Source: Candidatus Hermodarchaeota archaeon
Lineage (GTDB): Archaea > Asgardarchaeota > Heimdallarchaeia > Hodarchaeales > Hodarchaeaceae
Direction: 5' to 3'
DNA length: 32,000 nucleotides
NCBI GenBank assembly: GCA_048886185.1
Contig: JBHLKY010000012.1
Location: 127,981-159,980 of the forward strand
Shown: positions 9,378-20,300 of the stretch, piece after piece
How the letters are laid out: every line of letters starts with the position of its first letter
Numbering within the stretch: position 1 is the first letter of the stretch
Made by a program: the position numbers and the translations under genes
Notes under the pieces: model-generated
What the model was told of the DNA's origin: nothing
The model's database searches: none
The model's input: only the letters and a program-made list of their open reading frames with translations

Positions 9378-9974
9378 TTAAGAAAATTGATTAGATATGC
9401 AATCGTAACAAAGAGTAATTTTCGTTTTATTGGGTCTTCTAATTATCTCAGCGCATTCTGTACAATAAAGATTTTGACAACTAGAACATTTCATTATTCC
9501 AGGTTCGTTTCCACATCGTTGACAATCATACCCAGGGGATCCACTTCTAAGTCTTAATGCAAGTGATTCTAAGATTTTTTTAATAGTTTGGGGATTTTGT
9601 ATCAAATCTGAATCCGTCCAGAGTCTTTCAGTCAACTTATGGAAATCTTCTCCAGATAGTTCTGATGGAAGAAACTCTTGGAGTAATGTGGTTTCAACAA
9701 TATCAAGATCAATCTTCCAAGTCGCTTTTGGATAAATAAAGACAAATTTACGACCCTTGATTTTAATATCTAATAATCCAATTAACCCCGCTTCTTCTAG
9801 GGCAGTTAAGTGGAAATCTAAACCTGCTCTTTGCAGATCAAAACGATTAAGTAACTCATTTTTAATTAAGAATTTTTCTTCTAGAATGTGATCAAAAATC
9901 TCTAATCGTTTTTTATTAGAAATAGCTTTCAATATCGTATCAATAGAGGGATCGTTTTCCATTCTAATACACAT
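9378..9974 (-). CDS. ArsR-family wHTH protein fused to a C-terminal 8-Cys (B-box-like) zinc finger
   Basis: ILKAISNKKRLEIFDHI...GLDFHLTALEEAGLI is ArsR-like; C-terminus has four CxxC pairs (CQRC, CSSC, CTEC, CYDC). True start may be Met5. Confidence 0.78.
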   Translation of the reverse strand: MCIRMENDPSIDTILKAISNKKRLEIFDHILEEKFLIKNELLNRFDLQRAGLDFHLTALEEAGLIGLLDIKIKGRKFVFIYPKATWKIDLDIVETTLLQEFLPSELSGEDFHKLTERLWTDSDLIQNPQTIKKILESLALRLRSGSPGYDCQRCGNEPGIMKCSSCQNLYCTECAEIIRRPNKTKITLCYDCISNQFS

Positions 9975-10216
9975 TAATCTAGGTCTTCTGGCATTAATTC
10001 TTTACTCAATTAACACTGAGGTACAATTATGAGAAGTGTTTTCTCTTGAGAGATTGGAATCTACTAAGGTAAATTTAAGTTTACGGTGAATTGTTACATG
10101 AGTTAACTTTATTTAACTCTTTTTTTGAAAATACTAAATTTTATTTTTTCCTCAAAACAATTAAGGGGGAAAATTATGGTATTAAATGGAAAGAATTACA
10201 TCATTCGGTGATATCC

Positions 10217-10909
10217 ATGAGTGACACAATTGTCGAAATTCATTCTCTGAAGAAAGACTATCAAAGTGGTGAAATAATTGTAAAAGCGCTCACAGGAATT
10301 GATTTAACAATTCAAAAAGGAGATTTTATAGTTATTCTTGGCCCCAGTGGTTCAGGAAAGACCACATTACTGAATTTAATTGGGGGGATTGATAGCTCCA
10401 CTAGTGGTTCAATACGTGTTAATAGTATAGAAATTACTAATTTACGGGAACGATCATTGACTGATTATCGTAAAGAGGACGTTGGTTTTATTTTTCAATT
10501 TTATAATCTTATTCCAACCCTCACTGCAGTTGAAAATGTAGAACTCGCAGCCCGATTGAAGTTTTCTAAAAAAGCTGCATATGAACAATCCATGAAGATG
10601 CTTGAAGCTGTTGAAATGACAGATAAAGCACGTAGCTTTCCCTCCCAACTTTCAGGAGGAGAACAACAGCGGATAGCTATTGCACGGGCCTTAGTGAAAA
10701 AGCCAAAGATTGTCCTTGCAGATGAACCAACTGGAAATCTGGACACTGTTACAGGAGAAAAAGTACTTCATTTGATGTTACAAATTTGTAAAAATGAAGG
10801 AACAACATTCCTCATCGTAACCCATAATGTAGCAATCTCAAAACTTGCAGATTATATTATTTATTTGAAAGATGGCAAAGTTTTTGGTACCTCGAAAGGC
10901 CAATTTTAG
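10217..10909 (+). CDS. LolD/MacB-type ABC ATP-binding protein
   Basis: [38 protein letters not shown]. Start moved from 10091 to the in-frame ATG at 10217 ([13 protein letters not shown]), which has GGTGA at 10207-10211. Confidence 0.93.
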   Translation: MSDTIVEIHSLKKDYQSGEIIVKALTGIDLTIQKGDFIVILGPSGSGKTTLLNLIGGIDSSTSGSIRVNSIEITNLRERSLTDYRKEDVGFIFQFYNLIPTLTAVENVELAARLKFSKKAAYEQSMKMLEAVEMTDKARSFPSQLSGGEQQRIAIARALVKKPKIVLADEPTGNLDTVTGEKVLHLMLQICKNEGTTFLIVTHNVAISKLADYIIYLKDGKVFGTSKGQF

Positions 10910-10926
10910 CTTGGGGTGGAGTAAAC

Positions 10927-13359
10927 ATGCTATTCTTAATAAAAATTCTACGAGATTTACGAAAGAACAAGTCTCGTTCCTTACCTATAATTATCCTCAT
11001 TTGTGTTAGTCAAATTGCCAGCATTCTCTATATTGAGGTAGGCGTGATGATCGATGAGAGTTGGCAACAATATTTTCGGGAAACAAATGTAGGTGATGTT
11101 TGGATCGATACCGTTTCGATTTCTACAACGGTTTACAATAATTCAGTGACTAGTTACTGGAGGGATACATATTCCATCAGTGCAATTCAACCACGATTAT
11201 ATTTCAAAGGACAAATCACTATAAATAAGGAGAAAATACCTGTTGACATCATATCCTTACCTGCAGAGAAACCAGCAGAAGTCAACCGTATCATCACCAC
11301 TGATAAAAGTTATTTTGCAGACCATTCGAAGATTAATAATGGTATCTACATTGAGCAATCTCATTTAAAATTCTACAATCTGAAAACATTTGACGGAATT
11401 ACTCTTACTATTAACACTGGCTTGACAGAGAAAACTCTTAATTTGACAATATTAGGAGGCGCTTATAGTCCTGAATATCCTATAAAAATGGGTGAGGGGG
11501 GAAGTATCCAACAGTTTGAATTCTCTGCGACATTTGCTCAATACCTAACAATGAGTGTTTTTTTAAGAACGGATTATCTGCAGGATGAATTATATCAAGG
11601 TGAAGAAGTGTATAACCAAATTTGTATTTCTTTTGATGATAATATCAGAAAAGATACTTTTATTCGACATTTACAAACAGATCAATCTCTTATGTATCGA
11701 TATACTATTGATGTAAGAGAATATCCTTCCTTAATTGAAGACATGGTGTTTATCATGATTGGGGTTGGATTTGGGGTAACAATTTTTTTCTTGATTATCT
11801 CTATGTTTTTGACTTATACCATAGTTAATCGCTTTATTGACGAGCAAAGACCTCAATTAGGAGTAATGAAATCTTTAGGGTATTCTAATAGGTATATTCT
11901 AACGAGGAGTTTATTTTATGGCTTAATTCTTGGGTTGATAGGATCTACCTCGGGGAATTTCTTCGGTATCTGCATAGGAATTTTATTAGGAGATTTGTTG
12001 TTAAATTCATGGCTTTCCTTTCCGTACATTGCAGTATCATTACCCTTCACACAGTCCCTTGTACTCGTTTTTATCACCATTGTCTGTTCGACAATAGCAT
12101 GTTATATTTCCGCTCGTCGCATTCTAAAGATTTCACCTCGGGCTGCAATCATGCCTGCTTTTGTTGAAAGAAAAATAAGTACATTTGTTGTGGAAGATTT
12201 CATTCAAAAAATATTTAGAATTAGGTTATCTGTTCTAAGTAAATATTCCATTCGTAATGTTTTTACGAATCCCAAAAGAGCTATAACAACTATTGGTTCA
12301 TTACTTATGGCTATAGCACTTGTTGGTGGAGTTCTTACAATCGTTACAAGTGTCTTTAGTGGTGGATCATTAATGTTTCAATCTGAAAATTGGGATGCTC
12401 AAATCACTCTTTCTTACCCTCAGAACTTTGCTGATGTTCAATCTGATATTCTCATGCATTTTGATGATCACCAAACGATGATAATGGAACCTTTATTAGT
12501 GGATACTGCAAGGATTAGGAACCCTACTGATAAGGATACTTTCTGGAGGAAGGTCACATTCACAGCTCTTCCAATGAATCCAAATCTTAAACTATTAGAA
12601 AATACTGGTGTAGGATTCCAGAGTAATACTTCAGCTATCATTTCTCTTGATGTTGCTAAGCAGTTGGAACTAAATATAAGTGGAGAATATATATTATCAG
12701 GACGAAATGGCACACAGAAGACAATTATTATCCAAGTAATTCTCCCCCCACATCATGTCTCAAGTTTTTACATTCCAATGTCATTAGGAAACTTTCTTTC
12801 ATTTGGAAATGACTCAATAGAAATGGTTAATGGCGTTTTTCTCTCAAAACCAGCCCTATCAAAAACTGACATTGACTCCTTGAGCACTGATTTCGCTGTA
12901 ATCCTAAAATCAGATCTAATCAAAGAAACAGAATCTTGGTATCTGCAAATGAGCTCCATTTTGTTTGGATTACTCTTTTTAGTTCTCATAATTGCTGGAA
13001 TAATCATCTATAGTATAGCATCTATAAGTATTGCAGAACGAAAAGATGATTTTTCAATAATGAAAGCAGTTGGTATTCAAAATCGTAGTATATATCTCTG
13101 GAGTGTTCTTGAAGTGTTGATTTATTCACTGATTGCGAGCAGTGGCTATCTTATCGGTTTTTTCATCTCAGTATGGTATATGGATATTTTACAGCAATTA
13201 ATGAATTCTCCCCAAGGAAGATTTGAGTTATCACTCTTCCATTATCTTGTTTCTTTCTTGTTTGGTCTAGTGGCATCCCTATTTGGGCAGTTCTTCGCAT
13301 TACGTTATATACTAAAACAGAGAATTGCTATTGTTACTAAAGAGAAGATGTTTGGTTAA
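10927..13359 (+). CDS. FtsX/MacB-family (type VII) ABC transporter permease, duplicated architecture
   Basis: 810 aa, 8-TM duplicated layout, loops EQRPQLGVMKSLGY and ERKDDFSIMKAVG; 17 bp downstream of its ATPase. Confidence 0.9.
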   Translation: MLFLIKILRDLRKNKSRSLPIIILICVSQIASILYIEVGVMIDESWQQYFRETNVGDVWIDTVSISTTVYNNSVTSYWRDTYSISAIQPRLYFKGQITINKEKIPVDIISLPAEKPAEVNRIITTDKSYFADHSKINNGIYIEQSHLKFYNLKTFDGITLTINTGLTEKTLNLTILGGAYSPEYPIKMGEGGSIQQFEFSATFAQYLTMSVFLRTDYLQDELYQGEEVYNQICISFDDNIRKDTFIRHLQTDQSLMYRYTIDVREYPSLIEDMVFIMIGVGFGVTIFFLIISMFLTYTIVNRFIDEQRPQLGVMKSLGYSNRYILTRSLFYGLILGLIGSTSGNFFGICIGILLGDLLLNSWLSFPYIAVSLPFTQSLVLVFITIVCSTIACYISARRILKISPRAAIMPAFVERKISTFVVEDFIQKIFRIRLSVLSKYSIRNVFTNPKRAITTIGSLLMAIALVGGVLTIVTSVFSGGSLMFQSENWDAQITLSYPQNFADVQSDILMHFDDHQTMIMEPLLVDTARIRNPTDKDTFWRKVTFTALPMNPNLKLLENTGVGFQSNTSAIISLDVAKQLELNISGEYILSGRNGTQKTIIIQVILPPHHVSSFYIPMSLGNFLSFGNDSIEMVNGVFLSKPALSKTDIDSLSTDFAVILKSDLIKETESWYLQMSSILFGLLFLVLIIAGIIIYSIASISIAERKDDFSIMKAVGIQNRSIYLWSVLEVLIYSLIASSGYLIGFFISVWYMDILQQLMNSPQGRFELSLFHYLVSFLFGLVASLFGQFFALRYILKQRIAIVTKEKMFG

Positions 13360-13385
13360 ACTAATCAGAATCGAAGATACTTGTT

Positions 13386-13964
13386 CTAGGAATCTTCTTC
13401 GAATCTGCTGATTATTTTTCTACCAAGCACAGAAAAAGCCCTTTCCACATTTTCTCCTGTTTTTGCAGAAGTTTCAAAATATTTGATCCCATTATCTATA
13501 TTTGAGTATTTATTATCCAAGTTATCAATGATATATTGTTTGACTGTTTCTGCAGAGATTTTAACCTCGTTTTTTAAGTCCATCTTATTCCCTAGGACAA
13601 CAATTGAAGAATTAGGTAATCCAATGTTTTTTGAGAACTCCATTACCCATCTTTCAATATTTCTGAAAGAATCAGGACGTGTAAGATCAAAAACAAGAAG
13701 GGCGCCTACAGAGCCATGATAATATACCTTTCGGACTTGTTCAAAGGCAGGTTGTCCTGCCAGATCCCATATTTGGAAACGAATATCTTTTTTCTGAAAT
13801 CTGAATCCCAAAGAAACCTCCTTGGAATGAAAATCAGTACCTAAAGTTGGAGTGTATGCAGAAGGGAAACCTTTTCCTAGATATCTGTTAATTAAGGAGG
13901 TTTTTCCGACACTTCCATCTCCTAGTAAGCAGATTTTCATAAGTAGTGCCATTTTAGCATCCAT
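13386..13964 (-). CDS. Rab-like small GTPase (copy 1)
   Basis: G1 GDGSVGKTS, G2 YTPTLG, G3 WDLAGQ, G4 GNKMD, G5 ETSAKTG; RabF-like segments LGTDF, RFQIW, YYHGS, LVFDLT; no C-terminal prenylation motif. Confidence 0.93.
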   Translation of the reverse strand: MDAKMALLMKICLLGDGSVGKTSLINRYLGKGFPSAYTPTLGTDFHSKEVSLGFRFQKKDIRFQIWDLAGQPAFEQVRKVYYHGSVGALLVFDLTRPDSFRNIERWVMEFSKNIGLPNSSIVVLGNKMDLKNEVKISAETVKQYIIDNLDNKYSNIDNGIKYFETSAKTGENVERAFSVLGRKIISRFEEDS

Positions 13965-14087
13965 TCAGTAGTAAATAGATCTTTCAAGAGTGATTTTATA
14001 ATCATTAAAATTAATTAGTTAAAAACTAATTCATTGAATCATCACACGGATGATAGTTGAGAATATCAAAGACACCTTTAGTATAAT

Positions 14088-14312
14088 CTTTGCGAGTGTT
14101 AGCAATTCTTTCGCTTTTTTCATCTTTGTCTGAAATATCGGTATTCTCAAGGGTTTGAGGAAATCTCCTCAAAGAAAATTTGAGATGTCATATTTCCACT
14201 AGCTTACCTTTTCCTTTTAAGTCAAATCACTACTAGGACAGTTCTTTGCATTACACTATATTTATTAAAACAGGGTATTGCTATTGTCACGAAAGAAAAG
14301 ATATTTAGCTAG
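14088..14312 (+). pseudogene. Decayed copy of the 3' end of the FtsX-type permease gene (matches about 13131-13359)
   Basis: Colinear similarity: GQFFALHY..LKQGIAIVTKEKIFS* vs GQFFALRYILKQRIAIVTKEKMFG*; KSPQRKFEMSYFH* vs NSPQGRFELSLFHY. Contains stops and a 2-nt insertion. Confidence 0.85.
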
Positions 14313-14362
14313 AATGTATTAAAGACCCAGAATTTGTTATTAATGGGTATTTTTCCCTTTTA

Positions 14363-17300
14363 TTATATAACTGGTATTTCCTCTTGAGGATTCGTATTAT
14401 TTGGTACAACCACGTTTACTTCAGGCCTGCTTCCTATCCATAGAGCTTTGTAAACTACTTTCATATCAATCTTAAGAACTTTTGTGAACATATCTAATGC
14501 TTCACTAAGAGTAATTGAAGGAGTATCTCGTAAGAGAGCTAAAGATTTATCAAAAAGGTTTATCTGAGCTTTAGGATCAGTAATACTGGCATCTAGGTTC
14601 GCTTTCACGATTGCTAAGCGTTTAAGCGCATTTAATGAAGCTCTAGAAATACTAGAAATTGAAATACCCCGTTTGAATCTCTCTTCTATGTATTTAATGC
14701 GTCGACAATCAATATAGAAGGGGGAAAGAAGAGTTACTGGGAAATGCTGCTTTACAACTTTCTCTGTCATAGATCCCACGAGGACTTCATTAACAACACC
14801 CAATTCATGTAGAGTTATTTTTTCTTCAATGTTTCTCATAATTGAAATGAATGAGGATTTTATATATTCTGGTGGTGTCTCTTTTAAAAATAAGAATATT
14901 TTAAATGAAGGGGAAGACACAATTAAGATCTGAACTTTATTCTTCTCGATAATACTTGTTCTAATACTTTCTTCAATTTGATTTTCTAACAGTTCAGAGT
15001 CATGTTCAATGAATAAGTTAACAATATCTGATTGAAATGACTCTAAAAAGGAATCGATACCAACTGAAAGACCACCTAACACATCCTGTATCGCACTACG
15101 CGATTGATACATAATATTATTTGTATTATAAATTGGAATGCCTACAGCAGTGGTAACTAAGATCATATAAGTGTTTAATAAGGATTCTAACCTTTTTTGA
15201 TATTCACTGATCTCAGATATCTTCTGTTTCTTCCGCTCTTGATAGGTGATTGAAACTGTATAAACCACAATCACAATACACATCGTACATAAAATTGTCA
15301 GAATTACTGCTTCAAGTATAGAATCAAATATTGGAGGGGGAGGAAAGAAAAATGTAAATTCTCTTCTGATTGAGCCATTTGATTGATTAACTGAATCATA
15401 TACTTCTATAAACCATTTAAAAGTTACTGTATTGTGGAAAGAGAGCATTATTGTATAATGGGTTTGATTAAAAGTCATTGGAACTCTTTTCATCAGAGAT
15501 TCGGATCCATAACCACCTGTTTCTTCAAGAGAAGTAATTTCATAATTCAAATATACTTCAGAGACTCCTGAACCCCAATCTGAGATATTTGCCCAGATAT
15601 TTATTGTAGTTTTATTAATACTGTCAATTCCAGCCGAATGGATTATTGGTTCCCACCAATCAAACATCTGACCAGAGTTTGTGTACAGGCCTGCCTCATA
15701 ATGACCCTTAAGAACTCCTTCATCGATAACATGTATGATATAGGAGAATTTATGCAAATATTCTATCTGTATCTGATAAGTGTAATGAGATCCATTTAAA
15801 ATCATTTCAGTTTCATTTAAAATCCATTCGTCATACGTATCATCTTTCACTGATAATGTAATACTGTGTGTATTGAATAGATCATATAGCTTACACCATA
15901 ACAGGAGTTCTCCAATATATGATGTTGATGCGGTTGTTCCATGGTTAACAACCTTTGCTGGTTGAAAGTTTGATGTTCTTTGATTTATCTCTCCTATGGT
16001 TATATTATTTAATGCAGTATCATATATCTTAATGTAATAATTGAATGTCTGGTTAGAATCCACAATAATTGATTCGACATAATGTGATCCGTTATAACGC
16101 ATTTCTTTTTTTTCTATCCATGAACCAAATCTATTCAAGAAATTTATGGTAAGGTTGACACTATCAATAACACCAAATGGATCAGTAGCATTAGCCCAAA
16201 AGGTTAACAGGCATTCATATTGATTCCAAGTTGTGTTTAAAAAGCCAAATTCATAACAAATTGGATCTGTTTTATCATAAATAGTGATTTTTTGGGGGGA
16301 AGTGGATATATTGTTTCCACTATTATCAAAAGCAGTAATAAAATACCAGAAAGCACGATCAGGAACAAATCCATGTATATAGTAAATGTAAATGTTACCA
16401 GTTCCATTCCAATGCATTACTAGTCCGCTATAATCAGAAACGTATGTGTAATCCAAGAGAACAGATGAATTATCATCAAATAATCCACTACCATAAGGAC
16501 TCTCTTCAACTTCAGCCCAGATGACAACTGTTCCATTCTGGTACACAATTGATTCAGTTCTCGTAATATGTGGAGGAGCATTATCAGAAATTGTTATACT
16601 TTTAGAAATGACCCCCAAATTCCCCGCATTGTCTTCTACCCAAACTTTGATTAACACTTGATCTCCGAAAGGAAAGGTATAGGATGTTTTATATCGATAA
16701 AAGACATCATAATCCATTTCCAATAATATATGATTCTCTAAATGAGTGAAATTAACATAAAAAGTATTATTCACATAGTAATTATCCCCGTAAGGATCAA
16801 TCGCATATACAAAGACGGTTATTTCACCATCATTCTCAGTAGAGTTTTCAATTGAATATATAATTATCGGGGAAACAGTATCAGATAATGTAAAGTTTGA
16901 AGCTTGATCATTTCCTAGATTATACCAATTACCTGTAGTATCAACTGCTGATACATAATACCAAAGACTCTGTAAATTATATTCCAATGAATCAATGCGA
17001 GTAAAAAAAATAATATCTGATAATCGATTCATTGAAAGATTAGTCCATGTTCCAAAATAATTCTGTGAATATAACAAATAAGCAGTAGTATCATTTAATG
17101 GCCAGTCAAGTATTTCAGCATAGAAGTCTACTGTGCCATTTCCCCAATCTATTTTCCAACATGATACAATAGGTATTGAATTATCATCTATAATGAACGG
17201 CCCCTGAATTATTGATGTATTCGAGTTATTGGCAAAATCTGATGCAGTAATCCAATAGTAAACAACATCATTGCATTGAAGCGCCAAATTATAATAAAAG

Positions 17301-20300
17301 TGCTCTTCTGATTCAATCATATAGTATGAAAGGATATCACCATTTATATCTAGATGTAATTGTACATTACTCTTATTAACACCGCTTTGATAATCATTGT
17401 GATCCTCTATAGATACATAAATCTCTACATGACCATGGAAATGAGAATCAAAATTATCTAATATATCCTCCTCATCAATAGGTGGTGCTTCATCATCATC
17501 AGGGATAACCGTGCAAAAAGGAGGAGATAATAAGGAAACTTTTGATCCATTTTCATTTCCTAAACTATCTATTGCAGAATAAACCGTGTAGTTTAAAAGC
17601 ACACCATATTTTGCTTCAAAATAACATACCCAAAACCCAGTAATGTTTTGATGCATTTCTAGAAAACGATTATTTACCTGCAATATTACAGGATCCATTA
17701 ATAAACTCATATTATCTGTAATATTTGCATAAAACTGAAGTGTTCCATTCTGATAATCAGTAACACCATATTCAACAATAATGGGAGGAAAACCATCACC
17801 TAAATAAAGAGATTTAATATGAGTTACAATAGTATTATTTGCGACATCAATAGCAAGAATATTGTAAAAAATCTGAACATCTATATGGGTTAACGAATCC
17901 AATGCTGTTGCATTGTAAAATTGGTTATAAGAAAATTCTTCCATCGTAAAATTTTCATGAATAAGAAGAACTTCATCCGTTATATTGATTACAGTTAAAT
18001 TGATATAAACTTCAAAGCTGCTCTTATCACTAACATTAGCAAAAAAGGTAGGAGAGTTTTCGAAAAGAATGGAAGTATTAATAAAATAGAATTTATGCAC
18101 TAGAGGAGGATCATTATCAGTAAATTCAGAGACAATTACTGTGAACTCATACTTAGGATTAATCTGATAGGTTGAATAAGCAGCAAATTTAAGAAATGCA
18201 AGAGTTTTGTTAATTGAGTCTTCAAATTCTACTGTTATATTATAATAATTATAAGGTAGATTTGAAAAGATAGCATACCCTAAATTTGTTGTATTTTGTG
18301 TCCAAGTAATTGTTGCATTGTTAAAATTTGTAATGTTCACCCTAGCATTAGGAACAATCTTATTATCTAAATCTAAAACATTAATACGCACAGTTGCGTT
18401 CTCAGGGCCTCTCTCTAGATCTGCAATTATATTTCCGTAAACATCATTATTTTCCTCATCAAAATAAATTACGTAGAGTCTTTCTGATGAAATGAAATCA
18501 GTCCGTAATACATTCCAAGCACTTTGAGTAGTGCTAACTCGACGCCCTGATCCCCAAGATTCTCCCCCGTCAGTTGAATTCTTTACAAAAACTGTATTAT
18601 TGATGATATAAACAGCATAGAGATCATTATTTGAAATATCATAAATAGGTTTTGCTTCATCTCCATTTATTCCACAATTTGTAACTATATCAGTTTTTTG
18701 ACTCCAAGAGCGGTTGTGATCAAAGAATACCCATGTTTCTAAATCCCCTGTTGCGCTTAGAATATCATTATTAAGAATAGCATAAATATTATGAGTGTTT
18801 GGATCTATTGTTGCTCCCCAATTAGCATTGTTATTATAAGAATCTTCTGGAAGTATTGTCTCAGAAATGATAGTTGTTACAAAGGTGGGAGAAGTATCCC
18901 ATGTATCCAAATCCTCATTATAAGTAAATGAATAAAGAGAATTTTCAGAAGCATCTTCATAAAGGCAAAGAATATCTCCACCACTTAGAGGAAGGAGTTG
19001 GCCATGGTCATCATCATCCATTAAGAAGGAATATGGAGGAGTAATATCATACCAACTAGAATCAAACTTGGCAAATTGGGGTCCATAGGTCATCCAAGAA
19101 GCACCAAAAATTAATCCATCAGTTGAAACTGTTACTGTACCACCTCCATCAGGTGCATTGTGGGATCCACCAGAAGGCATAATTACGGTCCATTCCCCAC
19201 TAGAAGAGTCATCTTGAGTATCGAGGTAATTATATACCATTTCATCGTCACTGATAGAGTTTGCAACAAAATGGATTTTTGTACCCGTATTATTGGGTGT
19301 CCACTGGTCAAACCAACAACTAAAACTTCGAAACCGATATTCAGGAGGACCACAATCAATGTTAATTGGACCTTCCCAGATAGTCCCATTATCAGTTGTT
19401 TTATAATAGATTATCTCAGCCATACCACCGTTTGTCTTTTGGAAAAAGATATACCCATGAGAATTATTAATAAAAACGATATTTGGCCCTGGGTTGTATT
19501 CATCAGTGGCATCATAAACATCGGTATCAATAATGACCTCCGATCCATCCAAAACAACACTGGAGTCTCTTTGTTCTTCAAAACTAACTGTATAGAAGTT
19601 TTCCGGATCGTGTTGGTTATTGTACTCAGTTATGATCCAATCTGCAGAGATAATTCCCTTATAAAGACGTAACTCGTCAATTACTCCCGCAAATTTCTCA
19701 TCACCACCATAAGTCTGATCAAGAACGAGACGCCCGATTTGATAATTACCAATAGTACCGAATGTAGGATTCCCCGTATTGCTCATACTACCCTCATCAA
19801 GACCATTTACGTACATTTTACCTATATTTTCGCTTTGGTTAGCAGTAGCAACTATGTAAATCCATGATTGTCCAGGCCAAGAGGTAGTAGTGCTATCTAC
19901 ATAATCAAAATTACTACCACCAATACCTTCTACCTTTGAATAGAGCGCTCCATTATTTCCATGAAAATTATCTTGACCTGCAAAAGTAAACGCCATATTA
20001 TAGGCATCGTGGTTATAATGGCCAAAAATTGGCATGGATTCAGCTGAATTTGAATTGAAAGGGGCATTTAATTGCACCCAAGTTGAGATACTATAATTTC
20101 CAGTCCCAATTCTAGGATCCCATACACCTAGACTAATATAATCATCTATACCATCAAAACCTCGTGCTCTCCCTATTTTACCGACTTCATCAAAAGACCC
20201 TTGACTTGTTCCATCAACACTATTTGATGAAGAACCCATTAGGTCTGTATCTAAATGCCAAACTCCCACATAATTGTCACCCCATACACCAATAGCATTT

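Noticed and set aside
10091-10216. 42-residue N-terminal extension on the second LolD-type ATPase
   Set aside because: AT-rich and promoter-like; the ATG at 10217 has a GGTGA site and gives a length matching the paralog.
7749-13719. Short ORFs 7749-7955, 8231-8461, 10454-10648, 10501-10746, 12468-12713, 12768-13007 and 13483-13719
   Set aside because: Fully nested opposite well-supported genes.
19160-19672. 170-aa plus-strand ORF and nested 68-aa ORF inside the giant gene
   Set aside because: Shadow frames of the propeller-coding region; no recognisable features.
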